Shown one piece after another: positions 40,300 through 51,630 of a DNA stretch of 64,000 nt; the stretch's first letter is position 1; every line of letters starts with the position of its first letter. The stretch spans positions 960,001 through 1,024,000 of the forward strand of contig CAWCKH010000004.1 of NCBI GenBank assembly GCA_963796055.1. The letters run 5' to 3'. Made by a program: the position numbers and the translations under genes. Source of the DNA: an uncultured delta proteobacterium (lineage in GTDB: Bacteria; Myxococcota; Myxococcia; Myxococcales; Myxococcaceae). Below the pieces are notes generated by a model. It was not told where the DNA came from and did no database searches. It was given only the letters and a program-made list of their open reading frames with translations.

Positions 40300-41594
40300 C
40301 TGACGGATCCCCACTTCTCATGCGAGCAGTAGGGGTGGTGGACCGCCAAGAGCGTCCCGGAGGGGGGCGAGGAGTATGTTGAGGACGAGCATCCCGGCAC
40401 GGAAGACGGAGAGCACCCGTCGGTCTTTGATGGTGTTGGCCTGAAGCCCGCGGACGAGGCCTATCTTCTCGGCGTGCTCGCCCATCGCCCTGCAGACCTT
40501 CGCGGCGATGGCGCCGATGAGCCACAGGACGCGTACCCGAGGGAGCGAGCGTGAGGCGGAGCCGGCGAAACCCATGCCGAGGCGTGGGTTCTTGATGTCT
40601 CGGAAGGTCTCCTCGATGGCCATGCGCATCGAGTAGAGCTGCCGAATCCTCTCGGCGCCGTCCGGCAGGGACGTGAGCAGCACCCACGGTTCCCGCCACG
40701 AGGAGGCGTAGTGACGGCTCCGTCGCCACTTCCGGACACGGCCCAGTCGGTCCTTCGCTTTGCGTCCCTTCCGCCGCGTCCGGAAGAGCACGAGTTGGCG
40801 GCACACGAAGGCTTTGCTACCTCGACAAACCTGTGCCGGGCCGAGCGACGCTGCCGTTGGCCTTGCGCGACGGCGGAGTTCCTTCAGCCGGAAGCTCTCA
40901 CCGGTGCGCTTGAGCAGGACGTAGGGGCGGCCACGTAGACGGACGACGAAGTCCCAGCCGCGGGAAGCCAGCTGCTTGAGAAAGGGCACCCGAAAGCCAG
41001 CATCGGCCACGAAGATGACTCGCCTGCACGGAGGCAGAATCCGCTCGAGCTCTCGCAGGAAGGTCTCCCGTGCTCGGACCGAGTCGTACTCTCCCTTGCC
41101 GAAGACGGCGTCGTAGAGCGGGATGGCTCTGCCAGCGGCGGCGAGGGACGCACTGAGCACCCACCACTGCTTGCCGTCGTTGGCGCCCGTCCAGTCGATG
41201 AGGAGGACGATGCGGCCCTTCGCGGGAAGGGCGGCCAGCGCTGCCCAACACGCCGCCAGCTTCAGGTGCAACCTGTTGTTCCCGAGGAGCCGGTCGATGC
41301 GCTTCACTGAGTGCTTGCGAAGCGCTGGTCCGGGAAGCCATCGCCCCAGGGACGTCAGCGTCAGCTGGGCGCCCATGCAGGCCGCCGTCACTGCGACCGT
41401 CAGCGCGCTGACGAGCCGGGTGTCGAGGACTGCTTGCAGAGGGCTGGTGAAACGCGCGACAAGAAGCGCGGCGCGGGCCGCGTCTACTGATCCTGGTTTT
41501 CTCACAAGAACAAGCGTGACGTGTCGCGGCCACGCGCCGTTCAAGCTCCCGACTTTCCTCGCGCTCTGCCTCACGAGAAGTGGGGATTCGTCAG
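40300..41594 (-). mobile_element. IS4-family (IS10 group) insertion sequence, copy 2, 1295 bp
   Basis: Same TIRs; TSD TGTCTGGCA at 40291-40299 and 41595-41603; inverted relative to copy 1. Confidence 0.95.
40318..41505 (-). CDS. IS4-family DDE transposase
   Basis: Same as copy 1 except RRKR/RRKG and GSPPP/GGPPP; start uncertain. Confidence 0.93.
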   Translation of the reverse strand: MRKPGSVDAARAALLVARFTSPLQAVLDTRLVSALTVAVTAACMGAQLTLTSLGRWLPGPALRKHSVKRIDRLLGNNRLHLKLAACWAALAALPAKGRIVLLIDWTGANDGKQWWVLSASLAAAGRAIPLYDAVFGKGEYDSVRARETFLRELERILPPCRRVIFVADAGFRVPFLKQLASRGWDFVVRLRGRPYVLLKRTGESFRLKELRRRARPTAASLGPAQVCRGSKAFVCRQLVLFRTRRKGRKAKDRLGRVRKWRRSRHYASSWREPWVLLTSLPDGAERIRQLYSMRMAIEETFRDIKNPRLGMGFAGSASRSLPRVRVLWLIGAIAAKVCRAMGEHAEKIGLVRGLQANTIKDRRVLSVFRAGMLVLNILLAPLRDALGGPPPLLLA

Positions 41595-41964
41595 TGTCTG
41601 GCACCTCTCGGAGGCGGGCCCCCTGGCCTTTGCGCGACCCGGCGGGGCGTGCTGACCTTGGCGGCAGGCAGGAGACCCCATGGCCCGCCGGTAACGAGGT
41701 GTCCGGTAACGAGGTGTCTGGCACCGCCCCCCGGCACCGCCCCCCCGGGGGGCACCCGGGGCCCCGGTAACGAGGCGTCCGGTAACGAGGTGTCTGGCAC
41801 GCCTCCGGGCACCGCCTGCGGGCACGTTCCCGTCACGCATCCTGAACCACGGATGGTGCGTCCGCCGCGGCGCACTCCACCCGCAACGCGCCTGAGACCA
41901 GGAGCCAGAATCCTCTCGAACTCAACGGGCCACAGGGTGTCCGTAACGAGGTGTTTGGCACCTC
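41595..41964 (+). repeat. Cluster of GTAAC-hairpin repeats with a duplicated ligD 5' segment
   Basis: Copies at 41691, 41706, 41767 (variant), 41782, 41943; 41595-41690 nearly identical to 41952-42047. Confidence 0.9.
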
Positions 41965-42036
41965 TCGGAGGCGGGCCTCCGGGCCTTTGCGCGACCCGGG
42001 GGGGCGTGCTGACCTTGGCGGCAGGCAGGAGACCCC

Positions 42037-44773
42037 ATGGCCCGCCGCAACGACCCGCTCGAGACGTACCGGCAAAAACGCGACTTTGCCATCACCCCCG
42101 AGCCTGCCCCGGAGCGCCCCGCGCCCGCTCCCACCGGGGCGCCACGGTTCATGGTGCACAAGCATGATGCGACGCGGCTCCACTACGACCTCCGGCTCGA
42201 GACGAACGGGGTGCTCGCCAGCTGGGCCTGTCCCAAGGGGCCGAGCTACGACCCCGCCCAGAAGCGCCTCGCCGTCGAGACCGAGGACCACCCGCTCGCC
42301 TACGGCGATTTCGAGGGCCGCATCCCCGACGGCGAGTACGGCGCAGGCGACAGCATCATCTGGGACCGCGGCACCTACGACACCGTGCCCCCCGGCCAGT
42401 TCGAGGCGCAGCGCCGCAAGGGACACCTGCACCTCGTCTTCAACGGGCAGAAGCTCAAGGGGGGCTGGCACCTGGTGCGGACGCGCCCCCAGGGCGGCAA
42501 GGCCCAGTGGCTCCTCTTCAAGGCGAAGGACGGCACCGAGCGGCCGGACTACGACGTGGTGGCCGAGCGTCCCGAGTCGGTGGTCAGCGGCCGCCGTCTG
42601 ACCCGTGGGCCCGAGCGGCAGAGCCAGCTCCGCGGCGTCCATCCCGACCCGGAAACGCTGCTCGCGCGGGTCTGGCCGCCGATGCTGGCCGTGCTCGCCA
42701 AGGGTACGCCGGCGCCGGCGAGCCACTACCTGTACGAGGTGAAGTACGACGGGTACCGCGCGCTCGCCGCCATCTCGGGCGGAAAGGTGTCGGTCCGCTC
42801 GCGGAACGACCTCGACTTCGGCACGCGGTTCCCCTGGGTCTTGCCCGCGCTCTCGCAGGTCGTGGTGGGCGAGGCGGTGCTCGACGGCGAGCTGGTGGCG
42901 CTCGACGCGGCGGGGGTCTCCCGCTTCCAGAAGCTCGGCGATCCCACGGCCGAGCACCGGTACATCGTGTTCGACCTCCTCTGGCTGGACGGCGAGGACC
43001 TCCGGTCACGACCGCTCGAGGAGCGACGCGAGCTGCTCGAGTCGGTGATGGCCAACACCCGTCCGCCGCTCGAGCTGGCGCAGCGGGTCCGCGGCGACGA
43101 GGAGACCGCGCTGGCCGAGGCGAAGCGCCGCGGCTGGGAAGGCCTCCTGGCGAAGCGGCGTGGCTCGCCGTACGTCGGGACCCGCAGCGCGTACTGGCTG
43201 AAGCTGAAGGTGCTCGGAACGGACGAGCTGGTCATCGCGGGCTGGACGCCGATCTCCAACGGGGCGGCGGAGATCGGTGCGCTGCTGGTGGCGGCCCGAC
43301 GGGGATCGCGGTTCGTGTACGCCGGGAAGGTCGGGACGGGGTTCGACCGGAAAATGCGACGGCGGCTCCTCACCCTGCTGAAGAAGGACGAGGTCCCGAG
43401 CCCGGCCATCGAGGGCGCTCCGCGGATGCGCGACGCCCACTGGGTGACGCCGCGGCACGTGGCCGAGCTGCAGTTCACCGAGTGGACCCGTGATGGAAAG
43501 CTCCGGCATCCGTCGTTCCAAGGACTCCGGGAGGACAAGGGTCCGCTGGAGATCGGCCAGGACGAGGCGGCCGCGCCGCGTCCTCGGAAGACGCCGCGGA
43601 AATCCGCAGAGACGGGAACGCGGCGGACGGCCGGGCGCACGGTCTCGGCGGCGCGCGCGCGGACGACGTCGGGACGCGGGGGGTCCACGTCAGGAAAGGC
43701 CGCGGGCGCCACCAAGCGCGGGACCAGGACACGCTCCTCGAAGCGCGGCAGCAGCGACGGCGCCGATCCGGACGGTGCGCCGGTCACAGGATTCTTCGGA
43801 AGCGCTCCGGCCGAGGGTTTCGGGACCTGGCACTCGAACCGGGGGGAAGCAGAGGCGGCTCCGGCGAGCGCGGCGCGCCCGGCCGCCGCCGAGTTCACCG
43901 CCCGGGAGCCTCCGCCCGCCGAGGTACCCATCACCCACCCGGAGAAGGTCCTTTTCCCGGCCTCGAAGATCACTAAGGCCGACGTCCGGGCCTATGACGA
44001 TGCGGTGGCTCCGGCGCTCATCGCCGCGCTCCGAGGACGGCCGCTCTCCTTTCAGCAATGGCCTCAGGGGATCGGCAAGCCGGGCATCTTCCGGCAAGGC
44101 GCGACCACCGCGCCGCCCTGGATTCCCCGGGTGACGGTGCAGCACGTCGACCACCCGCTCGAGCACATCGTCGTCGACCGGCCGGAGACGGTCTCGTGGC
44201 TCGCCAACCAGTCGGCACTCACGCTGCACATGACCTCGAGCCGCGCCGCCACCGTGGACGAGCCCGACTGGGTGGCGTTCGACTTCGATCCCGCCGAGGC
44301 CGGGTGGACGCAGAATCCCCCCGCTGGCGAAGGCGCTGAAGGGGCTGCTCGACGAGCTGAAGCTGATCTCGGTGCCGAAGACCTCCGGGAAGCGGGGGCT
44401 CCACGTCTTCGTCCCGCTCGGGCCGGGACACACCCATGCGCAAGCGCTCGGGTTCGCCGAGGCAGTGACCGGAGCGCTCGCCGCGCGCTTCCCGGACCTG
44501 GCGACCACCGAGCGCGCTCTGAATCGCCGGCGCGGGCGGCTGTATCTCGACGCGTTCCAGAATGGACGGCTGAAGACGATGGTCGCCCCGTACTCGATCC
44601 GCGCGGTCGAGGGTGCGCCGGTCTCGACCCCGCTGGAGTGGGACGAGGTGGACGCGCGGCTCGATCCGGGGAAGTTCAACATCCACACCGTGCCCCGGCG
44701 GCTCCAGGAGCGGGGGGACCTGTTCGCGCCGGCGCTCGCCGGGAAGCAGCGGCTCCCCGAGTTTCGCGCCTGA
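42037..44773 (+). CDS. ligD: NHEJ DNA ligase D (phosphoesterase-ligase-polymerase), frameshift near 44315
   Basis: HDATRLHYDLRLE, YEVKYDGYR, LRHPSFQGLREDK, THPEKVLFP, FDFDP, KTSGKRGLH. Confidence 0.93.
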
Positions 44774-44846
44774 ACGGAGCCATTGGGCTGGTTTGCCGTG
44801 CCGCCTCCACCGTGGTCCCGGCTTGTGGTAGTCGGCCGACTCCGGG

Positions 44847-45416
<570 letters not shown>

Positions 45417-45515
45417 GCGGCAGTCCGGGCTGCCGGTCCCGGCAGGCACATCTTCCGGGTGGCCGTGTGCATGCGTGCCCGGGTGCGTGCTCGGGGAGCG
45501 TGCTAGCCAGGACGA

Positions 45516-45875
45516 ATGGTGGCCGTGCTCCCGGTCGAGGATGACAGGGATGTCCGCGAGTCGATCGTCGAGATCCTCGAGGCGGAGGGGCACGCCGTCA
45601 TCCCGGTGTCGACGGCTCGGTCGGCCCTCGAAGTCCTGGAGCAGCCGGACGCCCCGGCCCTGGTCCTGCTGGACCTGCGGATGCCGGGAGTGGATGGGCG
45701 CTCGTTCCTGGACTCTCTGCGCGACTGGCCGGACCGTGACCGCTTCCGCGTCATCCTGATGTCGGCGGACCGCGCCGTGGCAACCCTGAAAGAGGCTCCC
45801 GGCGTGGTTGCAGTGCTCAAGAAGCCCTTCGAGAGCTCGGAGCTGCTGGAGTTGCTTCAACGGCATGCCACGTGA
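45516..45875 (+). CDS. Single-domain response regulator
   Basis: VEDD, LLDLRMPGVDG, MSA, KPF. Confidence 0.9.
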   Translation: MVAVLPVEDDRDVRESIVEILEAEGHAVIPVSTARSALEVLEQPDAPALVLLDLRMPGVDGRSFLDSLRDWPDRDRFRVILMSADRAVATLKEAPGVVAVLKKPFESSELLELLQRHAT

Positions 45876-45892
45876 TGGGCGGGAATTAGGCC

Positions 45893-45940
45893 GGTACCGA
45901 GGTCCGGTAACGAGGTGTCGGTAACGAGGTGTCTGGCACC
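45893..45940 (+). repeat. GTAAC-hairpin repeats downstream of the RAYT-like gene
   Basis: Cores at 45907 and 45921, degenerate copy just before. Confidence 0.92.
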
Positions 45941-46009
45941 TTGGCGGGCACCTTAAGCGGGCTCGTGAGTTCGGCAACCCGGCGCGGCCCGTCGCGCTCG
46001 GTCTTCGCG

Positions 46010-46936
46010 TCATGCGGCCAGAGGGATCGGCGTGGACCTTGGCCACAGGAAGGGTTTGATCGCGGATTCCGGGAAACAGGCGGTGAGGTCTCCGGTCCTC
46101 CAGCGAATCGAGGCCCGACGAAAAGCCGCGGCGAAGCTCCGGTACCGTTCGAGAAATGCGTCGCGCATCCCCGGGATTGTCGTGTGGCACGGCGGCCGTC
46201 GCCTGCGCTCGGATGGAGGCGGCGGCTGCGAGTGCGGTTGTTGCTTCAGGACCCCGGCAGGCCCAAGGACCTTCCGGGACTGGCGCGCTGCTTGTTTCTC
46301 GATGGCGTCGACGGCTCTCCGCAGGAAGCGCCGGAGCGCGCCGGGCTTCTGTAGAGACGGACTCGGTAGAGGGGTGAGCCGGAGCTCCTCCGGCTCCGCC
46401 CAGCGGCTGTCGAGCAGTGCGCGGGCCGCGGGGCGTGCGTTGCCACTGGCACGACGCGTCCAGTTGAACCATCGAAAGGCCCTGGGCTGACCGTCGAGCA
46501 TGAGCGGCAAGCAGCTCAGTCCCGGCCATTCACGACAATGTCGAACCAGGCCCTCCTTGACCCCGTGGGAGAAGACGTAGGCCACCTTCTCCAGGAGAGC
46601 GGCGTCATCGAGGATCGGCTCCGCTGAGTACCGCCGCTCCCAGAAGCTGCCGCGCCATCCGACGAGCCTCCCGACCTTCTTGGAGATGTTCGTCATCAGG
46701 TACTGCATGAAGGCTGGCAGGTTTCCGCGTGGAGCCCGGACGACCAGGTGCATGTGATTCGACAGGAAGCTGAAGGCGAGTAACTCCACGCCGTACAGCC
46801 GCACTGCCCGAGCCAGTACGCCGCCGAGGACTTCGTTCGTCTCCGGAGACGGACGGAGGAGAAGCCGGCGCTGAAAGCACCGCGCGGTCACCAAGAACCT
46901 CTCTACTGCATTCAGCATTCGGATTGGCCTCGCCAT
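46010..46936 (-). CDS. RAYT-like HUH/Y1 tyrosine transposase with C-terminal extension
   Basis: VTARC, SNHMHLVV (HUH), FWERRYSAEP, single Tyr in VAYVFSHGVKEGLV..EWP. Confidence 0.88.
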   Translation of the reverse strand: MARPIRMLNAVERFLVTARCFQRRLLLRPSPETNEVLGGVLARAVRLYGVELLAFSFLSNHMHLVVRAPRGNLPAFMQYLMTNISKKVGRLVGWRGSFWERRYSAEPILDDAALLEKVAYVFSHGVKEGLVRHCREWPGLSCLPLMLDGQPRAFRWFNWTRRASGNARPAARALLDSRWAEPEELRLTPLPSPSLQKPGALRRFLRRAVDAIEKQAARQSRKVLGPAGVLKQQPHSQPPPPSERRRRPPCHTTIPGMRDAFLERYRSFAAAFRRASIRWRTGDLTACFPESAIKPFLWPRSTPIPLAA

Positions 46937-46966
46937 CGTGACACCCCCCTGTTTCGAACGATGCCA

Positions 46967-46983
46967 AGCAGGAGTTGGGCCAA
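46967..46983 (-). promoter_or_regulatory. Possible sigma54 -24/-12 promoter for the RAYT-like gene
   Basis: TTGGCCCAACTCCTGCT (GG-N10-GC) about 30 bp upstream of ATG. Confidence 0.3.
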
Positions 46984-46999
46984 CAGCGACGCACGGGAG

Positions 47000-47079
47000 G
47001 TAACGAGGTGTTTGGCACCTCGTCGAGTGGCACCTCGTCGAGTCGAAGCAGGCACCTCGTCGACCGCGGAGGCACCTCG
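47000..47079 (+). repeat. GTAAC-hairpin repeat with tandem right halves upstream of the RAYT-like gene
   Basis: GTAACGAGGTGTTTGGCACCTCG then three more GGCACCTCG. Confidence 0.92.
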
Positions 47080-47089
47080 CCCGCAGAGG

Positions 47090-50000
47090 TCAGGATGCGA
47101 GGGCCGCTTCGGGGCCAGCGGACACGGGCTCGGCAGTCTGGGGTACGCCGTCGAGATACACGACCTTCTGCCCGAGCACTGACGGAACGCGGGGACCTGG
47201 CGTGACGACGCCGGTGAGATTGAGCGGGTCAACCGCCGCTACCTCGATGCGCTGCCCCGAGGGGCGAGACCTCCGGATTGTCCGCGCGACGTCGACGGCG
47301 TCCGGAGCTGCGAATTGCTCCCCACCCACCCCGGCCAGGAAACGCCCGCCGCGGATTTCCCCACGGGCCTCTAGCCGCCGGTAGTATCGGACCAGCTCCC
47401 GCCAGGGCGGCGCCAGCGGCTCCCGGACCACGAGGTCACGGAAGACGATTCCCCAGCGCGCCAGCAGCAGTCGGGCCACACAGCCGAGCCGTTCTTCCTC
47501 GCTCACGCCCCCCTCGGGACGGAGCAGCGACCAGCGCCCGGGCCCGCCGCGCTTCAACGCCCGCTGCTGTCGGCGTCGCTTCGGGCTGAGCAGCACCCGC
47601 AGGTTGTCCACCGCGTCGGCGGTCACGAGACCGCGGCCGAGCAGGTCCCATAGCGCGTCCTCCACAGCCTCGATGGGCTGGCCAGAGGAGGAGACCAGCT
47701 CGGGAAAGAAGCATGCCCCGCGCCGCGCGAGGACTTCGGCCACGGTACGGCTCCCTTCCACGAGGTCCTCGGGCCATCCGTCCCCGGCTTCCGAGCGTGC
47801 CACGGCGAGAAGCGCCGGCAGCTCGGAGCGTCGAACGAACGTCAGCGTCGCCGTCCGACCTGGCTTGAGCGCGCGCGCAGTCACCGCCTCCACCTCGGCA
47901 CCCCGGCGCGGCCCGACGATCCTGGGCTCGCGGAGGCTCAGGCGACCCCAGGCGACTTCTCCGGTCCAGCACGCCCGCTCGAGCAGCTCGGCGACGTTGC
48001 CCCGGACACGGGCGGGCAGGAGTACTTGCTCCCAGGCGGCGGCCGGGGCCTCCCAGCCCTCGAGCAGCGAGATTGCCCTGAGCAGGCCTCCCTGACCTCC
48101 GAGCGCATCGCTCGCCTCGAGGTGGTGCCATCGGAACAGGAAGCGCATGAAGTCCTGTGCCGAGAGTGGTTCGATCTCGCGCCGGAGCCGGCCCACGGTC
48201 AGCCGGTGGATCCGCTGCAAGAGCCGCCGGTCACACCATTCGAGCTCCTCGGCGCCAGGCCGGAACGTGCCCCGCAGGACCTGACCGTCGGACTCCAGCC
48301 GATGCAAGGCCAACGTCACCTCGTCCCTGGACAAGGCAAGCGCAACGCTCAGGCCGGAGGCCGTGACCGGCCCCGCGACCTCCATCCGTCCTCGCACCAC
48401 CGCCAGTGCCGCCACCTCCCGTTCCATCGGATTGTCACCGGGCAACGCCGAGAGCTCCGGGGCGATCGCGGCGTCCGGAAACAACGCACGGCCATGCAGG
48501 AGGCGTTCCGCGCAGATGACGAACGAGCGGGTGGCCACTCCCTTCCCTTGCTCCGCGGTGCCAAACACCTCGTTACCCGCCTCGTTAGCCGTGGCGGGTC
48601 TCTCGTGGCCGTCCATCCGTGAGACGGTCAGTCTCGCTGCGCGGCCGGTCGCGACCAGCTCGCCCAGCAAGTGGGGGGGAACCCCTTCTGCCGGCACCAG
48701 CACCGCGGCGAGCAGCCAGTCATGCAGCTCTTCCGCGTCGCGAACCAACGGGCGCGCGTCGGCGATGACCTGCTCGATGGCCGAGGCGTCCAGCGCCCCG
48801 AGCCCCGCCGCGTCCTCCGCGGGCAACGCCCGGCGGACCTGGACCGCCCGGGCCCTCCGCTCCTCCAGCGGGGCGTCGTCGAGGAAGGTGTAGGGCTGCG
48901 AGTTGAGCAGCGCGTGCGCGAGCGGGGACGGCTCGGGCAGGTCGCGCGCCAGGGTACGGATCTCTCCGGCCCGGAGCCCCCGGAGCACCCGCTTCAGCCC
49001 ATCGATGTCGAGCGCCTCGGTGAGGCAGTCCCGGAGCGCCTCGTGGACCAGCGGATGGTCAGGCGGCTCCACCTCGGCCGCGCCGTGGTTGTCCTGACAG
49101 CCGACCTGCGCGGGGAACACCGCCGCCAAGAGATCTTCCGCCCGGGCGCGCTGGATGTGCGGCGGAACGCGGCCGCCACTCTGGTAGCGCGACAGCGCCA
49201 GCGCCCGCGTCGCGCTCCAGCGGAAGCGTGTCCCGAACAGCGGCGCCTGCAGGACGGCCTGGACCAGCACTGACTCGACGGTGTCCGGGTGCAGGAACTC
49301 GAAGATGTCCTCCAGCGCGAAGCTGTGCTGCTCCCCGAGCGACAGCAGGATGCCATCGTCCGTCGCCGCCGCCTGCAGCTCGAAGTCGAAGGTGCGGCAG
49401 AAACGCTTCCGCAGCGCGAGTCCCCAGGCCCGGTTGATCCGGCCGCCGAACGGTGCATGGAGGATGAGCTGCATCCCACCGGCTTCGTCGAAGAAGCGCT
49501 CGGCGATGACGGTGCGCGCGCTCGGCAAGGCTCCGAGCACCTGCCTGCTCGCGCGAGAGGTACTCGGACAGTGACTCGGCGTCCCGCGCTCCGAGTCCAA
49601 GCCGATGCGAGCCAGGCTCCAGCCTCGGGATGGTCGAGCACCTCGTCACGCAGACGTCCCACCTCACGCGACAGCTCGTCGGTCCGGGACGGCGCCTCGC
49701 CCCGCCAGAACGGGATGCTTGGCGGCGCTCCGCGGGCGTCCTCGACTCGCACCACGCCCGCGCGAAGCCCCTGCACGCGCCAGCTGGTGCTCCCCAGCAG
49801 GAAGACGTCCCCACCGTTCATCTCCACCGCGAAGTCCTCGTCGAGCGTGCCGACCTGGCGGCCGTCGGGCTCGGCCACCACCGGGTAGGTGAAGGTGTCG
49901 GGGATCGCGCCGCCGTTCATCAGCGCAGTGAGCCGCGCCCCCTTCCGCGCCCGGAGCAGGTGGTTCACCCGATCGCGGTGCAGATGGACGCGCATCCGCC

Positions 50001-51433
50001 CGCGCCGCTCGCTCACGCCCTCGGAGAGCATCTGGAGGACCTGCGCGTACCGCTCCCAGGACAGGTCACGGTAGGGCCAGGCCCGCCTCAGCAGCGCGTA
50101 CAGCGCCCGCTCGTCCCAGGCGTCCACCGCGCAGGCAGCGACGATCTGCTGGGCGAGCACGTCCAGCGGCGCCTCGGGCATCCGCACCGCGTCGAGCTCG
50201 CCATCGTGAACCGCACGGAGGAGCGCGGTGCACTCCACCAGCTCGTCCCGGGTCAGTGCGAAGAGGATGCCTTTGCTCACCCCGTGCAGCGAGTGCCCCG
50301 CGCGCCCCACCCGTTGCAGGAAGAGCGTGATGCCCCGCGGGCTCCCAAGCTGCACCACCAGGTCCACGGCGCCGATGTCGATTCCCAGTTCGAGCGAGGC
50401 GGTGGCCACCATCGCCCGCAGCTCGCCCCGCTTGAGCTTCTCCTCGGCCGCGAGTCGCAGCTCCCGTGCCATGCTCCCGTGGTGTGCCGAGACTGTACCC
50501 GGGCCGAGTCGCGTCCCGAGGTCATGGGCCACGCGCTCGGCCAGCTTCCGGGTGTTGGTGAAGATGAGCGTCGTCCGGTGCTCGGAGGTGAGCTGCACCA
50601 GCCGGTCGTAGACCTGTCCCCACATCTCGTGGGTCGCGACCGCGCTCAGCGCGTCCTCGGGCGTCTCGAGCGACAGCTGCCACTTGCGAAGGTGTCCCAC
50701 CTGGACCACTGCGCATCCCTCAGGTCGTCCGGTGAGGAAGGAGGCGAAGGTCTCCACCGGCTTCTGCGTGGCCGACAGCCCGATCAGCTGGGGACGGCGC
50801 CGCACCTGCGCCTTCAGCCGCTCGAGCGAGAGCGCGAGATGACTGCCCCGCTTGTCCCGCGCCAGGGCGTGGATCTCGTCGACGATGACCGTGTCCACGT
50901 CACGGAGCGTCTCGCGTCCACGCGCGGCGGTGAGCACCAGGTACAGCGACTCCGGCGTGGTGATGAGGACGTGCGGGGGCCGGCGGAGCATCTGGGCCCG
51001 CTCGCTCGCGGGCGTGTCCCCGGTCCGGACCTGGACCCGGACCGGCTCGGGGAAGAGGCCTTCCCTCGCGGCGAGGTCGTAGATGGCCTCGAGCGGAGCG
51101 AGCGAGGTTCTTCTGGACGTCGTTCCCCAGCGCCTTCAGCGGCGAGACGTAGACCACCGACGTCCGGTCCTCGAGCCGGTTCTCGAGCGCGCGTCGGAGA
51201 AGCCGATCCAGCGCCGCCAGGAACGCCGAGAGCGTCTTTCCCGAGCCGGTGGGCGCAGCGATGAGGACGTCCTCTCCGGCGAGGATCCGCGGCCAGCCCC
51301 GACTCTGCGGCTCGGAAGGCTGGCCGAGCGTCGACTGGAACCACCGCTGGACGAGCGGGTGGAAGGCGGCCAGGCCGGGGTGGACCGCCTCGGCAGCCGA
51401 GGCGAACTGGAGCGGAAGCTGCGGTGCGGCCAT
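47090..51433 (-). CDS. lhr: Long Lhr-family SF2 helicase, frameshifts near 51100 and 49600
   Basis: [48 protein letters not shown]-terminal LARWGIVFR / [13 protein letters not shown]. Confidence 0.9.
48557..48590 (-). repeat. GTAAC-hairpin repeat inside lhr coding sequence
   Basis: Minus strand GCTAACGAGGCGG-GTAACGAGGTGTTTGGCACC, read as [11 protein letters not shown]. Confidence 0.85.
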
Positions 51434-51443
51434 GGCCCGCATT

Positions 51444-51460
51444 CCTGAACGCCGGTGCAG
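51444..51460 (-). promoter_or_regulatory. Myxococcus-type LexA box in lhr promoter
   Basis: CTGCACCGGCGTTCAGG matches 15/17 of recalled consensus CTRHAMRYBYGTTCAGS, just downstream of TTGACG (-35-like). Confidence 0.6.
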
Positions 51461-51571
51461 GCCGCGTCAAGAGCGCGGGAGGTTCGACGGAGTCACCGGC
51501 ATCGCAGACCTCGCTTGGATTCGTCGCCCCAAAAGCGGCCTGGAACACACCGTAATCACGAGACTTTTTAC

Positions 51572-51614
51572 GGTGCCAGACACCTCGTTACCACGGTGCC
51601 AGACACCTCGTTAC
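51572..51614 (-). repeat. Two tandem GTAAC-hairpin repeats, minus orientation
   Basis: GGTGCCAGACACCTCGTTAC at 51572 and 51595. Confidence 0.92.
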
Positions 51615-51630
51615 CGGACCGGGCAGCTCG

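Noticed and set aside
41595..41724. N-terminal extension MPDTSLPDTSLP on transposase copy 2
   Set aside because: Lies outside the IS terminal repeat; it is translated repeat sequence.
46010..46936. IS200/IS605 element with TnpB/IscB or an RNA guide
   Set aside because: No RuvC or zinc-finger partner ORF nearby, and the protein is much longer than IS200 TnpA with RAYT-like motifs.
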